Notes: generated by a model from the letters alone, not told the origin. 64,000 bases of DNA from Eledone cirrhosa (GCA_964016885.1 OZ024747.1:58652001-58716000); one strand, 5' to 3'; shown: positions 41,583-55,502, counted from the first letter of the stretch. Program-made: numbers and translations.

Positions 41583-42259
41583 AATATATTTTCCACTGTC
41601 TAGAGTGAAAGATATGGGTAAAATCTTATTCGATGCGTAAATATATATTGTTTAGATTGATTTTAGCTGTCACCTTAAAAATCATTTTACACCCCTCATC
41701 ATTAAAATACCATTTTCATTGGAATCTTCAAATTAAAATTTCATTAGCTATTTCAAATATATTTTACGCTCCCATGAACAATATTTTCACTAAACGGTAA
41801 ACTAAATGTTGTGTGTACCTTAATGAAAACCAATCGTTGGTACTTTAATATATATTTCTGAATAAAACATAAATGATTATACCCTTGGATAATTTGTTAC
41901 CTGTCCTGGTAAATATAAGAGGTCGAATTTATTCAACTTGCTAGTTGTTTGTGTTTTTATTTTTCAATACGCCATAAGAGACCGATGTTAAGTTAAATAT
42001 GGCTACTGGGATTTAAGTGTGCTTGTGTGAATGTTTCTGCGGCTGTTGGGGTATAATCATGCATTTTTGTGTATATATATATATTTGTTAGTTTGTATGT
42101 AGCTACATAGTTACTGGCATCATGTGTTTGTATTTTCGTTTAATTCATCGGTGTTATATATGAAAAACAGGCTTTACCCATCTTTCCTTTAATGAAACCC
42201 ACTTAAATCTAGGCTGGATATATGATTTATATATATATTTTTTCATTTTCTTGTCTATT

Positions 42260-42370
42260 TGTATGAGCATGTTTATGTGTTTATATGTATGGGGTTGGAC
42301 ATATGTGAAAGTAATAAACTTTCACATATGTCCAACCCCATACATAGAAACACATATACATTCTCATACA
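42260..42370. repeat. Inverted repeat (hairpin), ~50-bp arms
   Basis: tatgtatggggttggacatatgtgaaagt aataa actttcacatatgtccaaccccatacata is perfect, and imperfect pairing continues outward. Confidence 0.9.
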
Positions 42371-42704
42371 CATACAGCAACATCCTTATACGCAAAAAGA
42401 AGAAAACCCACACACTTTCACATACACACACACAAATAGGCACTGAAGCACACATATGAACACATACACATGCACACATACATTCATACAGAAACAGCCT
42501 TATACGCAAAAAGAAGAAAACCCACACATATACATCCACACAAATATACACTCAAGCACACATATATACACATACACACACACAACTACATACACATACA
42601 CTCATACAGAAACAGCTTTATACGCAAGAAGATTCCACACGCATACACCCACACACACATGCACACATACAAATACACACTCACGCACACATATAAACAC
42701 AAAC

Positions 42705-42880
42705 ACATACAAATACACACTCACGAACCCATATAAACACAAACACATACACATACACACTCACGAACCCATATAAACACAAACACATACACATACACAC
42801 TCACGAACCCATATAAACACAAACACATACACATACACACTCATGAACCCATATAAGAACAAACAAACACATACACATAC
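42705..42880. repeat. 40-bp minisatellite, about 4.5 copies
   Basis: tca(c/t)gaacccatataa at 42721, 42761, 42801 and 42841. Confidence 0.9.
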
Positions 42881-44454
42881 ATTATACACAAAGTTGTGTG
42901 GCACTTGAGACCCCTACTTTAATTGTTTTCTAGTGAGTACAGTTTTCTTTGTTCTCTTCCGTGAACTTCTTTTAGATTCTGTTATCTTCAAACAAAATAT
43001 TTGGTAAAGAAGCAAGGAAAAGATGGAAACATTGTTTATGATTAGCGTCTAATCGACCAAAATTCTTCCTATGTGTAGCTTTACATTTCGTCGTCTATCT
43101 TGTACGTGTCCACAAGGTAAATAACATATAGGTGTATGTGGGTACAGTTTATCTTAGCCTTGATCTTCAAGGAATACTAGATCACCTTAGGTCGACCAAT
43201 AACATCGTTTTTGATATTTACCAAAGAAACTGCTGTAATGTTTGTGTTGAGGAGTTTGAGTGAGTGTGTGTGTGTATCTGCTGTGTGTACGTTTGTGTGT
43301 GCGTGCGTGTGTGTGTGAGTGTGTGAGAGTCTCTGTGTGTGCGTGTGTGTGCGTGTCTCTATGTGCTTGTGCGTGCATGTGTGCGTGTGTGCGTGCGTGT
43401 GTGTGCGCGTGTCTGTAATCAAAGGAAAGAAATACGCTTATTATCGAAAACAATCAAATTACAGATGTTATCAAATTTTAACGTTGTTATCAATATATTT
43501 CAATTTCAAGGAAAGGAACATAGAAATAATGTCGCCACGTATAGCATGTTTACAGAGGCATAAAACATCAAAGACGACTACTTTACAACACTAAAGTACG
43601 TAACATGTAAAATTAACCCTTGTATGTGTAGTACAACACAATGATAGTCCAATCTCTTCTTCATTGAATTAGTAAGGATAAAGATGGAGCTTGAATGTAG
43701 TGGCTAGGCCTGCGAGGGATACACAGTCAAAACTCCTTTATATCATACGCTTCCGTCTCCAAACCCTCGGGCGGGAGGGTCAATCCAAGATAATTTACTT
43801 TAAATACACTAAACCTTTAAATCTATGTCAGCATTTTGACGACTGAAATAATTGTAATTATATGACCATTATACCAGATCTGGCCTTGGGTTAAACAACA
43901 ATATCAACGACAAAAATAACAGCAATAACAACCATTGCATGATGGCATCTGCAGGGAAGGCATCTGGTATGTCGCGCTATTTTTAAACTAGTGTATGGAT
44001 CATTAGATTCTACATCGGCATACAACATACTCTCTAGATGCCAAAGGTTTGTTCGATGAACGCTGATCTTGGGTTATATTTCAATAACAGCAACAACAAC
44101 AACAACAACGATAACAACTCTCAAATGATTCCTCGGAATATGCAGGGTAATCTTCAGCTAGGAGACGCCATACTTAGATCTATGGAATTTGGGGTTTGCC
44201 TAGCCATTCATCTGGATACGTATGTGTTCTAGGTTTTCTCAAGTTGGTCTAACCTAGGGCTAAATAACAACGACAGCATTAACAACAACGACGTCAACCT
44301 GAAGTATCTTTTATACTGGAAATGTAGTGTAGAGATGATCATGATTCCATAATTTCCTCGGGAGATTTTATAAATTAATCAACATGAAATATTTCCTGCT
44401 GGAAACCCAACAAATACAAATCATTCTCACGCTGAAAACACTCAAGGTTTTGTA

Positions 44455-45082
44455 GTTTTGCAGTGATATCGTAGTTGTATTGTGATATAGTTGTGTTGTA
44501 TGTGTCCGATATGTATTGTGAGTTTCATAGTTGTATTGCAAGTATCATAGTTGTGTGTGAGCGTCATAGTTTTGTTGTGATATCGTAGTTGTATTGTGAT
44601 ATAGTTGTGTTGTATGTGTCCGATATGTATTGTGAGTTTCATAGTTGTATTGTAAGTATCATAGTTGTGTGTGAGTGTCATAGTTTTGTTGTGATATCGT
44701 AGTTGTATTGTGATATAGTTGTGTTGTATGTGTCCGATATGTATTGTGAGTTTCATAGTTGTATTGTGAGTATCATAGTTGTGTTGTGAGTGTCATAGTT
44801 TTGTTGTGATATCGTAGTTGTATTGTGATATAGTTGTGTTGTATGTGTCCGATATGTATTGTGAGTTTCATAGTTGTATTGTGAGTATCATAGTTGTGTT
44901 GTGAGTGTCATAGTTTTGTTGTGATATCGTAGTTGCATCGTGACACCATAGTTGTGTTGTGTGTGTTCTAGATGTATTGTGATTATCATAGTTGTATTGA
45001 GTCTCATAGTTATAACGTGAGTATCATAGTTGTGCTGTGAGTCTCATAGTTGTGTTGGCTGTGTCATAGTCGTGTTGTGAGT
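44455..45082. repeat. 114-115-bp tandem repeat built from ~19-20-bp subunits, about 5 copies
   Basis: gtgatatcgtagttg at 44463, 44577, 44691, 44806 and 44921. Confidence 0.92.
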
Positions 45083-46594
45083 AATGTGGTATACTGCAGT
45101 GTAGTGTTCAGTGATGTAGTGTAGTTTGGTGTTGATTGATATAGTGTAGTGTGGCATTCAGTTGTGTGGTGTAGTTTAGTGTGGACTGCTGTGGTGTAGT
45201 GAGACATTGAGTTGTGTGTGTGCAGTGTGGTGTCGACTGATGTCGTGTAGTGTGGCGTTTAGTTGTGTGGTGGAGTTTGATGTTTAATGATGTAGTGTAA
45301 TGTGGCGTTGTGTTGTGTTGTAGTGTATTTGATAGTGACTGGTGTGGTATAGCGTATGCTAGTACGGTGTTATTAGCTCTGAAATGTCGTTCTGTTTCAA
45401 TTGAATGAAATTTGTAATAAAATGTTCTACTTTTCCCTCTCCCGTCCCACAACTGTTGATACAATTTATAAAATTATATGAGAATTAGAATTATGTTGCA
45501 ACACACTTCTCGTTTCTTCCAATAAAGACAACATCTTAATCCTTGGATTTTCTTTATTCCCTATACCCTAACTTAATCTTGTTTCTTCAAATTTTATTAC
45601 TCTATTAAATCCAACTCCAACATATTAGCGTATCTTTGTGTCAATCTCAGAAATACCATTACTGCCATGTTTTAAGTGGTTGTTAATTTATAACTGAAGG
45701 TGGCTGCTTTAATTTTCCAATATTTCAATAATTCCACAGTAAGAACTGTATAAATTTTATGAATTACTATTTATGTGACACTTTAATCCTTCAGTCTTTG
45801 CATCGCCGCTTGGAGGAATATTAAAACTATTGTAGTAGCAGACTATAGAAACTTTCCTAGTTGCTCTTATAGATTTTGTTTCGTATTTCTTTAGTAAATG
45901 CAGCAATAGCTTCAGCTGCCTGTAATCTGCAGCTACAGTTGTTGTTGTTGAAGTTGTTGTAGTTGTTGTTGGTGTTGTGGTTGGCGTTGTTAGTGGTGGC
46001 GATAATGTAGTGATGTTTAAATCATCCTCGATTGCCCACCGACCGTTCCTCCTCTGCAGTTCTCTCCATCTCCACCAGTAACAACGTCCATAGCCTAAGA
46101 GCAGACACACTGTCGCCATTTTGCAACTCCTCGAGTAATGTTGGGCTTCCATTTCCTCTGCAATATGGACGTCACTCACTTCTGTTCAATGTCCTTTGTA
46201 TCCAACCGGAAGTTGCTCTTGTAGCCTTCGATAACTTAACTCAGTCTTTATTTCTGCCTACTTCTTCTTATTATTATTATTATTATTTTTTTTTTTTTTC
46301 AACAATATCACCATCTCCATCATTATTATTATTACTATCGCACCTCATATTTATTTATTTCGTTCTTAATTTCTTTTATTTTCTTCCATATTTCTATCTT
46401 ACAGTTGTCAATCCTTTCATCAATAGATGATGATGATGGTGATAATGATGATGATGATGACGATGATGGGGAGGAGGAGGATAGGGAAGCGAATGATAAT
46501 GAGAAGTATCATCGTTGTCCTTGTCTTCATCGTCATTGTTATCATCATAATCATCATCACAATCACCACCATATTTTTTATTCTCTTTCAATTA

Positions 46595-47250
46595 TATCTT
46601 CTATGTCTTCTTTTTTGTATTCCTCATTCTCTTGTTGGTGTTTTTTATTTTCTTCTACATCTCTTCTTTCACATTTTCTCCATCTTCTCCTCCTTCGCCA
46701 TCGTTCATTTCTTCTTTTTCCTCTACGTCTTCTCCATCTTTCTTTTCTTCTCCTCCTCCGTCTTTCTTTTCTTCTTCTTCTTCCACTCCATCGTTCTTTT
46801 CTTCTCTTTCACCTCTTTATTCTTCATCTTCGTCTTCACTTTCTCCCCTTTCTCTTTGTCCTTCTCCATCTCCCTTTTCTTCTTTTTTTCTTCTTCCTCT
46901 CCATATATCTTTTCTTCTCTTCTTCATCTTCGTCTTGACTTTCTCCTCTTTCTCCTTTTCTTTTTCTCCATCTCCCTTTTCTTCCTCTCCATCTTTCTTC
47001 TCTTCGCTTTCTCCTCTTTATTTTTCATCTCCGTCTTTACTTTCTCTTCTTTTCCTTCTTCTTTTTCTTCTTTTTTTTCTTTGTCTCCTTTTCCGTCTTT
47101 TTATTTCTTCTTCTTCTTTTTCTTCTTCTTCTTCTTCTTCTTCTTCTTCTTCTTCTTCTTCTTCTTCTTCTTCTTCTTCTTCTTCTTCTTCTTCTTCTTC
47201 TTCTTCTTCTTCTCCATCCAACGTTTTTTCTTCGTCTTCTCCTTCTTCCT
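46595..47250. repeat. Polypyrimidine low-complexity tract ending in (TTC)n
   Basis: About 650 bp, almost only C and T. Confidence 0.95.
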
Positions 47251-47577
47251 CTTAGCACCTTCTCCATACTTCACATCCGTTACAGCTCCCAATGATGGCC
47301 AATTTTTCCTTTCATACAAAGTAGAGGAGTTTAACAGATGTCGATGTTTGTGCTGTAGCCGGAAGTCAAAAGGATTGTAACAACTGATGTTGTTGTTGTT
47401 CTGACGTCACTTAACATTCACGCCGCACAGACACACTGTCACTCTGAACACACACACGCACGCAAAGTACATTCACACTGATAGAAAATCATACACATTT
47501 ATATACCAGCTATAGCATATACAAACACATAGGCAGATATACACAACTACACGTTTAGTTACTCACACTTACATTTA

Positions 47578-47695
47578 ATTGTTCTATTTTTGGCACAAGG
47601 TCAGCAATTGTATCAATGTATTACTGGTACTTTATTTTATCGACCCCCGTAATGCACTGGGACAATTGCTGGCCTTGTGCCAAAAGTAGAAACGA
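47578..47695. mobile_element. Two inverted SINE M 3' ends fused head to head
   Basis: Minus-strand tail plus core (47581-47650) is joined at gtaa to a plus-strand tail (47649-47693). Confidence 0.85.
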
Positions 47696-47879
47696 CTATT
47701 TGTAAGTGTAGCTAAACGGGTGGTTTTGTGTATTTGCTTATGTGTTTGTCTGTGCTATAGTTGATGATGATGATGATGGTGGTGATAATGATGATGGTTA
47801 TGGTGATGATGGGGAAGAGGAGGATAGGGAAGCGAATGATAATGAGAATCATCATCGTTGTCTTTGTCTTCATTGTCAT

Positions 47880-48062
47880 TGGTTGGCAGTATCGGTAGAG
47901 GGTCGGACGCCATGCTTTGACGCATAGAGTTACGGCCTTTGTCATTCTGAGTTGAAATCCCGCCGAAGTTAACTTTGCCTTTTATCCTTACAGGGTCGAT
48001 AAAATAAAGTACCAGTAATGCACTGGGTAATTGCTGGCCTTGTGCCAAAAGTAGAAAAAATT
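47880..48062 (+). mobile_element. SINE family M, near full length
   Basis: Family match. The empty site is visible in the paralogous segment 46423-46592. Confidence 0.9.
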
Positions 48063-48154
48063 ATTATCATCATAATCACCATCACAATCACCACCATATT
48101 TTTATTCTCTTTCCATTGTGTATGATTTTCTATCAGTGTGAATGTATCTTGCGT

Positions 48155-48930
48155 GCGTGTGTGTGTTCAGACTTTGGTTGTATATGTATATCACAGAGTG
48201 CGTGTGGGTGTGTGTACATGTGTATCACAGAGTGTGAGTGTGTATGTTCAGACTTTGGTTGTATATGTATATCACAGAGTGCGTGTGGGTGTGTGTACAT
48301 GTGTATCACAGAGTGTGAGTGTGTGTGTTCAGACTTTGGTTGTATATGTATATCACAGAGTGCGTGTGGGTGTGTGTACATGTGTATCACAGAGTGTGAG
48401 TGTGTGTACATATGTATTACAGAGTGTTTGTGTGTATGTGTATCGCAGAGTATTATGTACGTGTGTATCACAGAGTGTGTCTGTACATGTGCATTAGAGA
48501 GTGTGTGTGTATGTATCACAGTGTGTGTGTGTGTATCACAGAGTGTGTCTATACATGTGTATTACAGTGTGTGTGTGTGTATGGGTATTACAGAGTGTGT
48601 CCGTACATGTGGATTACAGAGTGCGTGTGTGTCTTTATTACAGATTATGTGTATATATGTGTATTGCAGAGTGTGAGTACATGCGTATTACAGAGTGTGT
48701 GTGTATATATATATACAAATATATGTGAATCAGATTAACTGTGTATATGTGTATCACAGAATGTGTGTGCATATATGTATTACAGAATATGTGTATATTT
48801 GTATCACAGAGTGTGTGTATGTATGTGTATTACAGTGTGTATACAGAGTGAGCGTGTATATGTGCATCACATAATGTGTGTGTACATATGTATCACAGAG
48901 TGTTTATATGTCTTTTAATCACAGTGTATG
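48155..48930. repeat. 81-bp tandem repeat (3 copies) decaying into ~24-bp gtgtatcacagagtgt units
   Basis: ttcagactttgg at 48166, 48247 and 48328. Confidence 0.9.
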
Positions 48931-50269
48931 TGTGCCTGGGTGTGTGTGTGTGAGTGTGAGTGTGTGTATGTGTCTATATCTGTCTGTCTGTTTGGGTATT
49001 TCGTTTAGAATTGTAAATGCGTCTATCTAAGTAAACATCTCTCACTAGACTTGCATTGTGTCAATAAACAGCGACCAAGAAAATATTCTCTAATAGAGAC
49101 ATGATTACAACTTGGTGTCAATTAACACCTGAATGTCAAAGTCACTACACAAATACTTCACTCTCTTTACTCTGAAACACTGCACAATAATCTCCCGCTA
49201 CAGAATTTCGCCCTTGCAATTTCTAAAATTGCAATGGTGTCGTCACTGCCGTGACTGCAAACTACATCAAAAGGTATAAGATTTCACTTTGTATTCCAAT
49301 AATACTTCAGTTGTCAGCCATTACACCGTTACTACAAATATCTTTATTAGTTTACTTCTCCCGTTAGAAATAGCAGCAAAATCTCACTTAAATCGCATTC
49401 TTACCATTTTAGAAAATATCACATAGGAGAATCTGTTTCTATCTACCATCTTTCATTTACAATTTATTGATTTTTGTTTTGTTTTTACTTGAAACATTTA
49501 TTAATGGAATATATCATGTAAATACGGTTTAATAGAAAAAGAAATAAAAAGAAAATTTAGACTGAGAAGAAAGAATGGAATGTAAAATAAGAAAATATTT
49601 TTAAAAAGCGAAAAAGGGAGTGAATGGGAAGCACTCTAGTCTCACAGAAAGAGGGGAAGATTAACAGGAAGATATGATAGAAACCCCTTGTCTAAAGTGC
49701 CACGCGAGGGACTCATCCCGAAGCAACGAGCATGCGAAGCAAATCCTTAAACACAATCCAATTGTTTAAGGATTTATACCTTTTTATATAATACAACACT
49801 CATTGACACCATACTTGTGCCAGAATCGTGTTATATAATATACTAGCAGTAATGGCCCGGCGTTGCTCGGGATTCTAAACATAGATTGGCACGTTTATCT
49901 CTCCTTTCTGAAATAGTACAGAGAAGTACGGAATACCTCGGCCTCGGGATGGTGTCTACAGTTTGTGCTTATAAAAAAAATTCGTCGTAGTTTACCAGGG
50001 TTTTTTTCCGTGCGAAGAAAATCAATAATTTATCGCGAAATAAATACTTTTGTTTATATTTTTTTATTGTGTATGCAAAAATATCTGTACACGAATATAT
50101 AATTATATATATATATATATATATATATTAACATAAAAGATTAAAGTTTAAGCAAAGAATCGCTGCTTTCACCCTTAACGGGATCTTCTGAAACTAAAAA
50201 ATCAATCTGTGAACCCAGAAGTAAATATTTCGAAAAACGTTACACACTATATATATATATATATATATA

Positions 50270-50636
50270 TCATGTAAGAATATTTTCGAAACAGCGAGCG
50301 GGTTTTAAATTATTATAAATGTAAACTATTGCCGTATTTTGACTAAAGAAATTAAAGAAATTATTTAGCCTGATAGTGGGGCTAAGAACCCTCGGGGAAA
50401 ATGGACAAAGATGAGTATTGACGTACATGGGAGTCGAACCCACATCTTTGGTTATCCAGACCACTGTGCTACCATTTACACCAACACATCACCCGTGATG
50501 GATAACCAAAGATGTGGGTTTGACTCCCATGTACGTCAATACTCATCTTTTTCCATTGCCCCGAGGGCTCTTAACCCCACTATCAGGCTAAATAATTTCT
50601 TTAATTTCTTTAGTCAAAATCGGCGATAGCTTACAT

Positions 50637-50643
<7 letters not shown>
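50270..50643 (-). mobile_element. tRNA-headed fold-back element in (TA)n
   Basis: 50320-50459 is inverted relative to 50499-50643. The minus arm begins with a tRNA-like cloverleaf and has a ~50-nt extra tail. Confidence 0.8.
50419..50490 (-). ncRNA. tRNA-like sequence (SINE head or pseudo-tRNA, anticodon GGA)
   Basis: GATGTGT TG GTGT AAATGGTA GCAC A GTGGT CTGGATA ACCAA AGAT GTGGG TTCGACT CCCAT GTACGTC A. All four arms form. The short variable arm is incompatible with a real tRNA-Ser. Confidence 0.75.
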
Positions 50644-51491
<848 letters not shown>

Positions 51492-51707
51492 TTACACACA
51501 GCCAGACATACAGACAGATATTATAAGGGCGCAACGTTATATCTATGTATCTATCTAAGAAATACTAAGAATTATAGAGAGAGATCGCGGTCTCTAGGGC
51601 ATTTGAAATTTGTTTTGCTCAAAACACTCACAGGACCACAAGTATTACATGTGTAAAATTTGTGTAAAACAGTCCCATGGAGGAAGTGCTCTATTACTAC
51701 ATATATT

Positions 51708-51774
<67 letters not shown>

Positions 51775-51777
<3 letters not shown>

Positions 51778-52085
51778 GATATTAAACAAATGGAAACAAA
51801 TGGAAAACCGTTATGTAAAAGCCAGCTTTTTACATAACGGTTGGTCAATATTTATGGTACGTCAAAATTATTTATAAAATGTTTATATATTGTATTTTAT
51901 CTGAAGAAGGCATGCCATATTTTTAATATGGTATCCCCGAAATATGTATAATGAAATAAATATGGTTTTATAAATATAGTTTCCATTTGTTTAATATCGT
52001 ATATCTACTCCAAAACTTGTCGAGTGCTTTATATCAGTTATAAAATATTTACTTGTTGTAACCCAACAATTTTATATAAAACTTT

Positions 52086-52090
<5 letters not shown>
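51775..52090 (+). mobile_element. PLE pseudo-LTR with short inverted 5' arm and 3' tail
   Basis: tacgatattaaacaaatggaaac (51775) is the reverse complement of gtttccatttgtttaatatcgta (51979-52001). Contains a hammerhead. Confidence 0.8.
51893..51958 (+). ncRNA. Minimal type I hammerhead ribozyme motif
   Basis: TATTTTAT-CTGAAGA-aGGcATGCCATATT..AATATGGTATcCCc-GAAA-T atgt A-TA-ATGAAATA. The first stem II pair is mismatched (A-C). Confidence 0.72.
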
Positions 52091-52176
<86 letters not shown>

Positions 52177-52497
52177 TTTTTCACCTTCATAAACCGACCA
52201 CGTCAACGTCCACCAGGTTAAAGTCATTTTCGATCTTTTATGACTTCCAGCGTTAACATGTTGCACATTTTAGATGTAAGACTATTATTGATTTTGTTAT
52301 AGCCTCATTTCCATCTTACGAAAAGAGTGCGGTTCTCCAATCTGTTGTGTAAACTGGCATCAAAATTGCACAACCTTAAGGCGAGCAATTGCTGGTCAGC
52401 AGGGTGGTTGAAGGGGTATACATGCAGCAGTTCGTTTGTCTCATGTTCAGCTGCATGCGTGTGTATGTGTGTGTATTTGTGTGTAAGTATATGTGTG

Positions 52498-52575
<78 letters not shown>

Positions 52576-52715
52576 TGTTTGAGTTCGTGTGTGTGAGTGC
52601 ATGTGTTTGCTTGGGTGTGGGCATGATAAATATGTATGTATGAACGTTTGTATATACATGTTTGCAAATATATGTATATACGTATGTATTTATATATATG
52701 GGCAAACACATACAC

Positions 52716-52767
<52 letters not shown>

Positions 52768-52770
<3 letters not shown>

Positions 52771-52845
52771 TTGATGCAGGAATTCCAATGGACGTGCCTT
52801 GTATTCATTACTGTTCGTACAAAATATAAAGTATAATACGACATA
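52768..52845 (+). mobile_element. Possible solo R4/Dong-type 3' UTR end
   Basis: agttgatgcaggaattccaatg resembles agttgatgtgcaaattccaatg at 16530. Followed by ACAT repeats. Confidence 0.4.
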
Positions 52846-52889
52846 CATATATATAAATATATATATATACATACATACATACGTACACA

Positions 52890-52930
<41 letters not shown>

Positions 52931-52932
<2 letters not shown>

Positions 52933-53135
52933 CGTAGGAAATGTGGTAAGGAACCAGGTGGACCATAACGCACCAAAGTACTAAATGCTTAGGGTAGTAG
53001 AGTGGGTAATAGGTACCAGTAAGACAACGACGGCTGAGCTCAAGCCGTTTCGACGGCTAATTCTGGCCTCACACAGTCCAGAATTAGCCGTCGAAACGGC
53101 TTGAGCTCAGCCGACGGGGTCTTACTGGTTCCTAT
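52931..53135 (-). mobile_element. Fold-back family H, copy B
   Basis: Tail plus ~57-bp arms with an 11-nt loop cctcacacagt. TA flanks. Confidence 0.9.
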
Positions 53136-53287
53136 ATATATATATATAGCGGTCGCTATTTTCAATTTGCAAAGCCTTTTAAACTGTATGTTATTACTCT
53201 GAGGTCTATTCCTTGTAGAGTGATTCGCTGCACTGCTGAAGGCATTCGTTGGCTTAGTTGCTGATCGAACTTCGAATATGCTGTACT

Positions 53288-53382
<95 letters not shown>

Positions 53383-53779
53383 GTATATATTTATATATAT
53401 ATATACATACGTATACATATGCACATAAAAGTACATATACATAAAGATATTCTTAGAAAAGCATGCACGTATAATTTAATCATATTTTGAGATGTATAAC
53501 AGAATTGGTCAGAAAACCTGAGGAGAAAACGCCTGATTATAAGAGACTGGAGGAAACAATGAAGATATTATTAACTAACAAATTAGATGGTTTCCAATCA
53601 ATAAGGGTTTCATTGTGGATTAATTCAACTCTACAGAAGTATTAATTAAACACTGATCACTCACAGTTAATTGTAACAAGCTATGATTTTTGTTTTCATA
53701 ATTAGTTTCAATCATTAGGAGAAATCTGTAACTGAAATAATTATTCTATCTAATTATATGCATAAATACACTCAGACAG

Positions 53780-53905
<126 letters not shown>

Positions 53906-53922
53906 TGTGTGTGTGTGTGTGT

Positions 53923-53960
<38 letters not shown>

Positions 53961-54161
53961 GTGTGTATGTGTGTATATATACACACATACACACGTGTTC
54001 AATCTGGAGTAACCACAGTAAGTAAGGTATTCAATACATCATGTTTAATATAGAAATGGGTTCCTCACAACAAGATCTTTTTCATTCAAAAGACATCATC
54101 GACGTGATTTCTTTTGAATGAGACAGTTCTAGTCCTGTATAAGCCATTTCTATGTTAAACA

Positions 54162-54213
<52 letters not shown>

Positions 54214-55009
54214 AGCTTAATGGTTTCAGCGTTGGGCTTGCTCCAGTTCACTCAGCTGCAGAAACGAGTTACGACGTTGCTGCTGCCAAAATGTATCATC
54301 CATTGCCTTTCCCTTGGACAACATCGCTGGTGTGGAGAGCCGAAACAGGTATGCTTGGTGACTGCTGATCTTCCACAAACACACGTTGTTTGCACTATTG
54401 CCTTGGAGGTGCATATAACATTCTCATTCGTGAGGGAAGAGGTTCTTTACCCTTTTGTATATATAAATTGAATCAGATGACATGAAATTAAGGCGGGTGG
54501 AGGATTGGAGAATATAGGTGCATGAAAATATGTGTTAAGAGCTGAAGATGAAAGAGTGTTGTATTGTTTACAGAATTTGACGGAGAAGAACGCTGTTTAC
54601 TACTACAACCAAGAAAGAACTCATTGAAAGAAACAAAGTATCATGCACATATTCATTTGTATTATGCTAAACTGTATCAGCAAAGCATGGGTTCGATAAA
54701 CTTTACGTATAATTTATTTTAAAATATGGAATCCCTACCAGCGAAACGGTTTAAGCTTAATCATAGGGCTTGCACGTTTTAAGGTATGTGCACTTTGTAT
54801 TTGTCTCAACGTGTTACATAATATACATATATACATGTGTGTGTATGTATGGATATATGTATGCATGTCTATGTGTCTGTCTGTCTGTCTGTATGTATGT
54901 ATGTATGTATGTATGTCTATCTGTTTGTCTGTTTATATGTATGTGTGTATGTATGTGAATGTATGTATGCATATGAATATATGTATGTGAATTTATGTAT
55001 ATGAATCTA

Positions 55010-55375
55010 TGTATGTATGCGAATGTATGTACGTATGCAACGAGTGTAGCCGGATTTGCCTCAGGAAAGCTGCTCCTAAATCCCATCAGAATGATCATGT
55101 ACAAAATGAAGCTGTCAAATCTGGTCTTTTAAGCATTTCTTCCTGTCAGGGATGTGGGAAACAATTAGTCTCAATCGCTGGGCTCGGCAGTCATTTGAGT
55201 ATTAAACAAAACAAAGTGGAAAACGAAAATGGAAGAAATATTCATCGGTCCAGCGTATGCAGAAAGGAATATTATACTTTGGCAGGGCTAAAAGGTCATG
55301 TTCGATCCACACATGTATTTAAAAAGGAACAAGTAATGGCACATCTCTATATCGTGATGCAGCCACCATATATGT
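55010..55375 (+). pseudogene. RTE-type LINE 3' end encoding three C2H2-like zinc fingers
   Basis: CNECSRIC..KSHQNDH, CQGCGKQL.SIAGLGSHL and VCRKEY.TLAGLKGHVRSTH. Ends gcagccaccatatatg in (TATG)n. Confidence 0.6.
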
Positions 55376-55502
55376 GTATGAACAAATGTATGTATGTACG
55401 TATGTATGTATATATGTTTGTATATATGTTTGTATGCATGTATGTGTGTATGTATATATGCATGTATATATTTATTTATTTATGTATGTATGTATGTATG
55501 TG

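Noticed and set aside
46394-47380. Poly-Phe, Ser, Lys or Glu ORFs
   Set aside because: Polypyrimidine and (TTC)n low complexity.
50419-50490. Functional tRNA-Ser(GGA) gene
   Set aside because: No long variable arm, three G-U pairs in the acceptor stem, a mismatch in the anticodon stem, and it is embedded in a repeat. Treated as a SINE-type head.
55010-55375. Host C2H2 zinc-finger gene exon
   Set aside because: No TGEKP linkers. It ends in the same gcagccaccatatatg terminus as the repeat at 36590-36610, so it is a retroelement 3' end.
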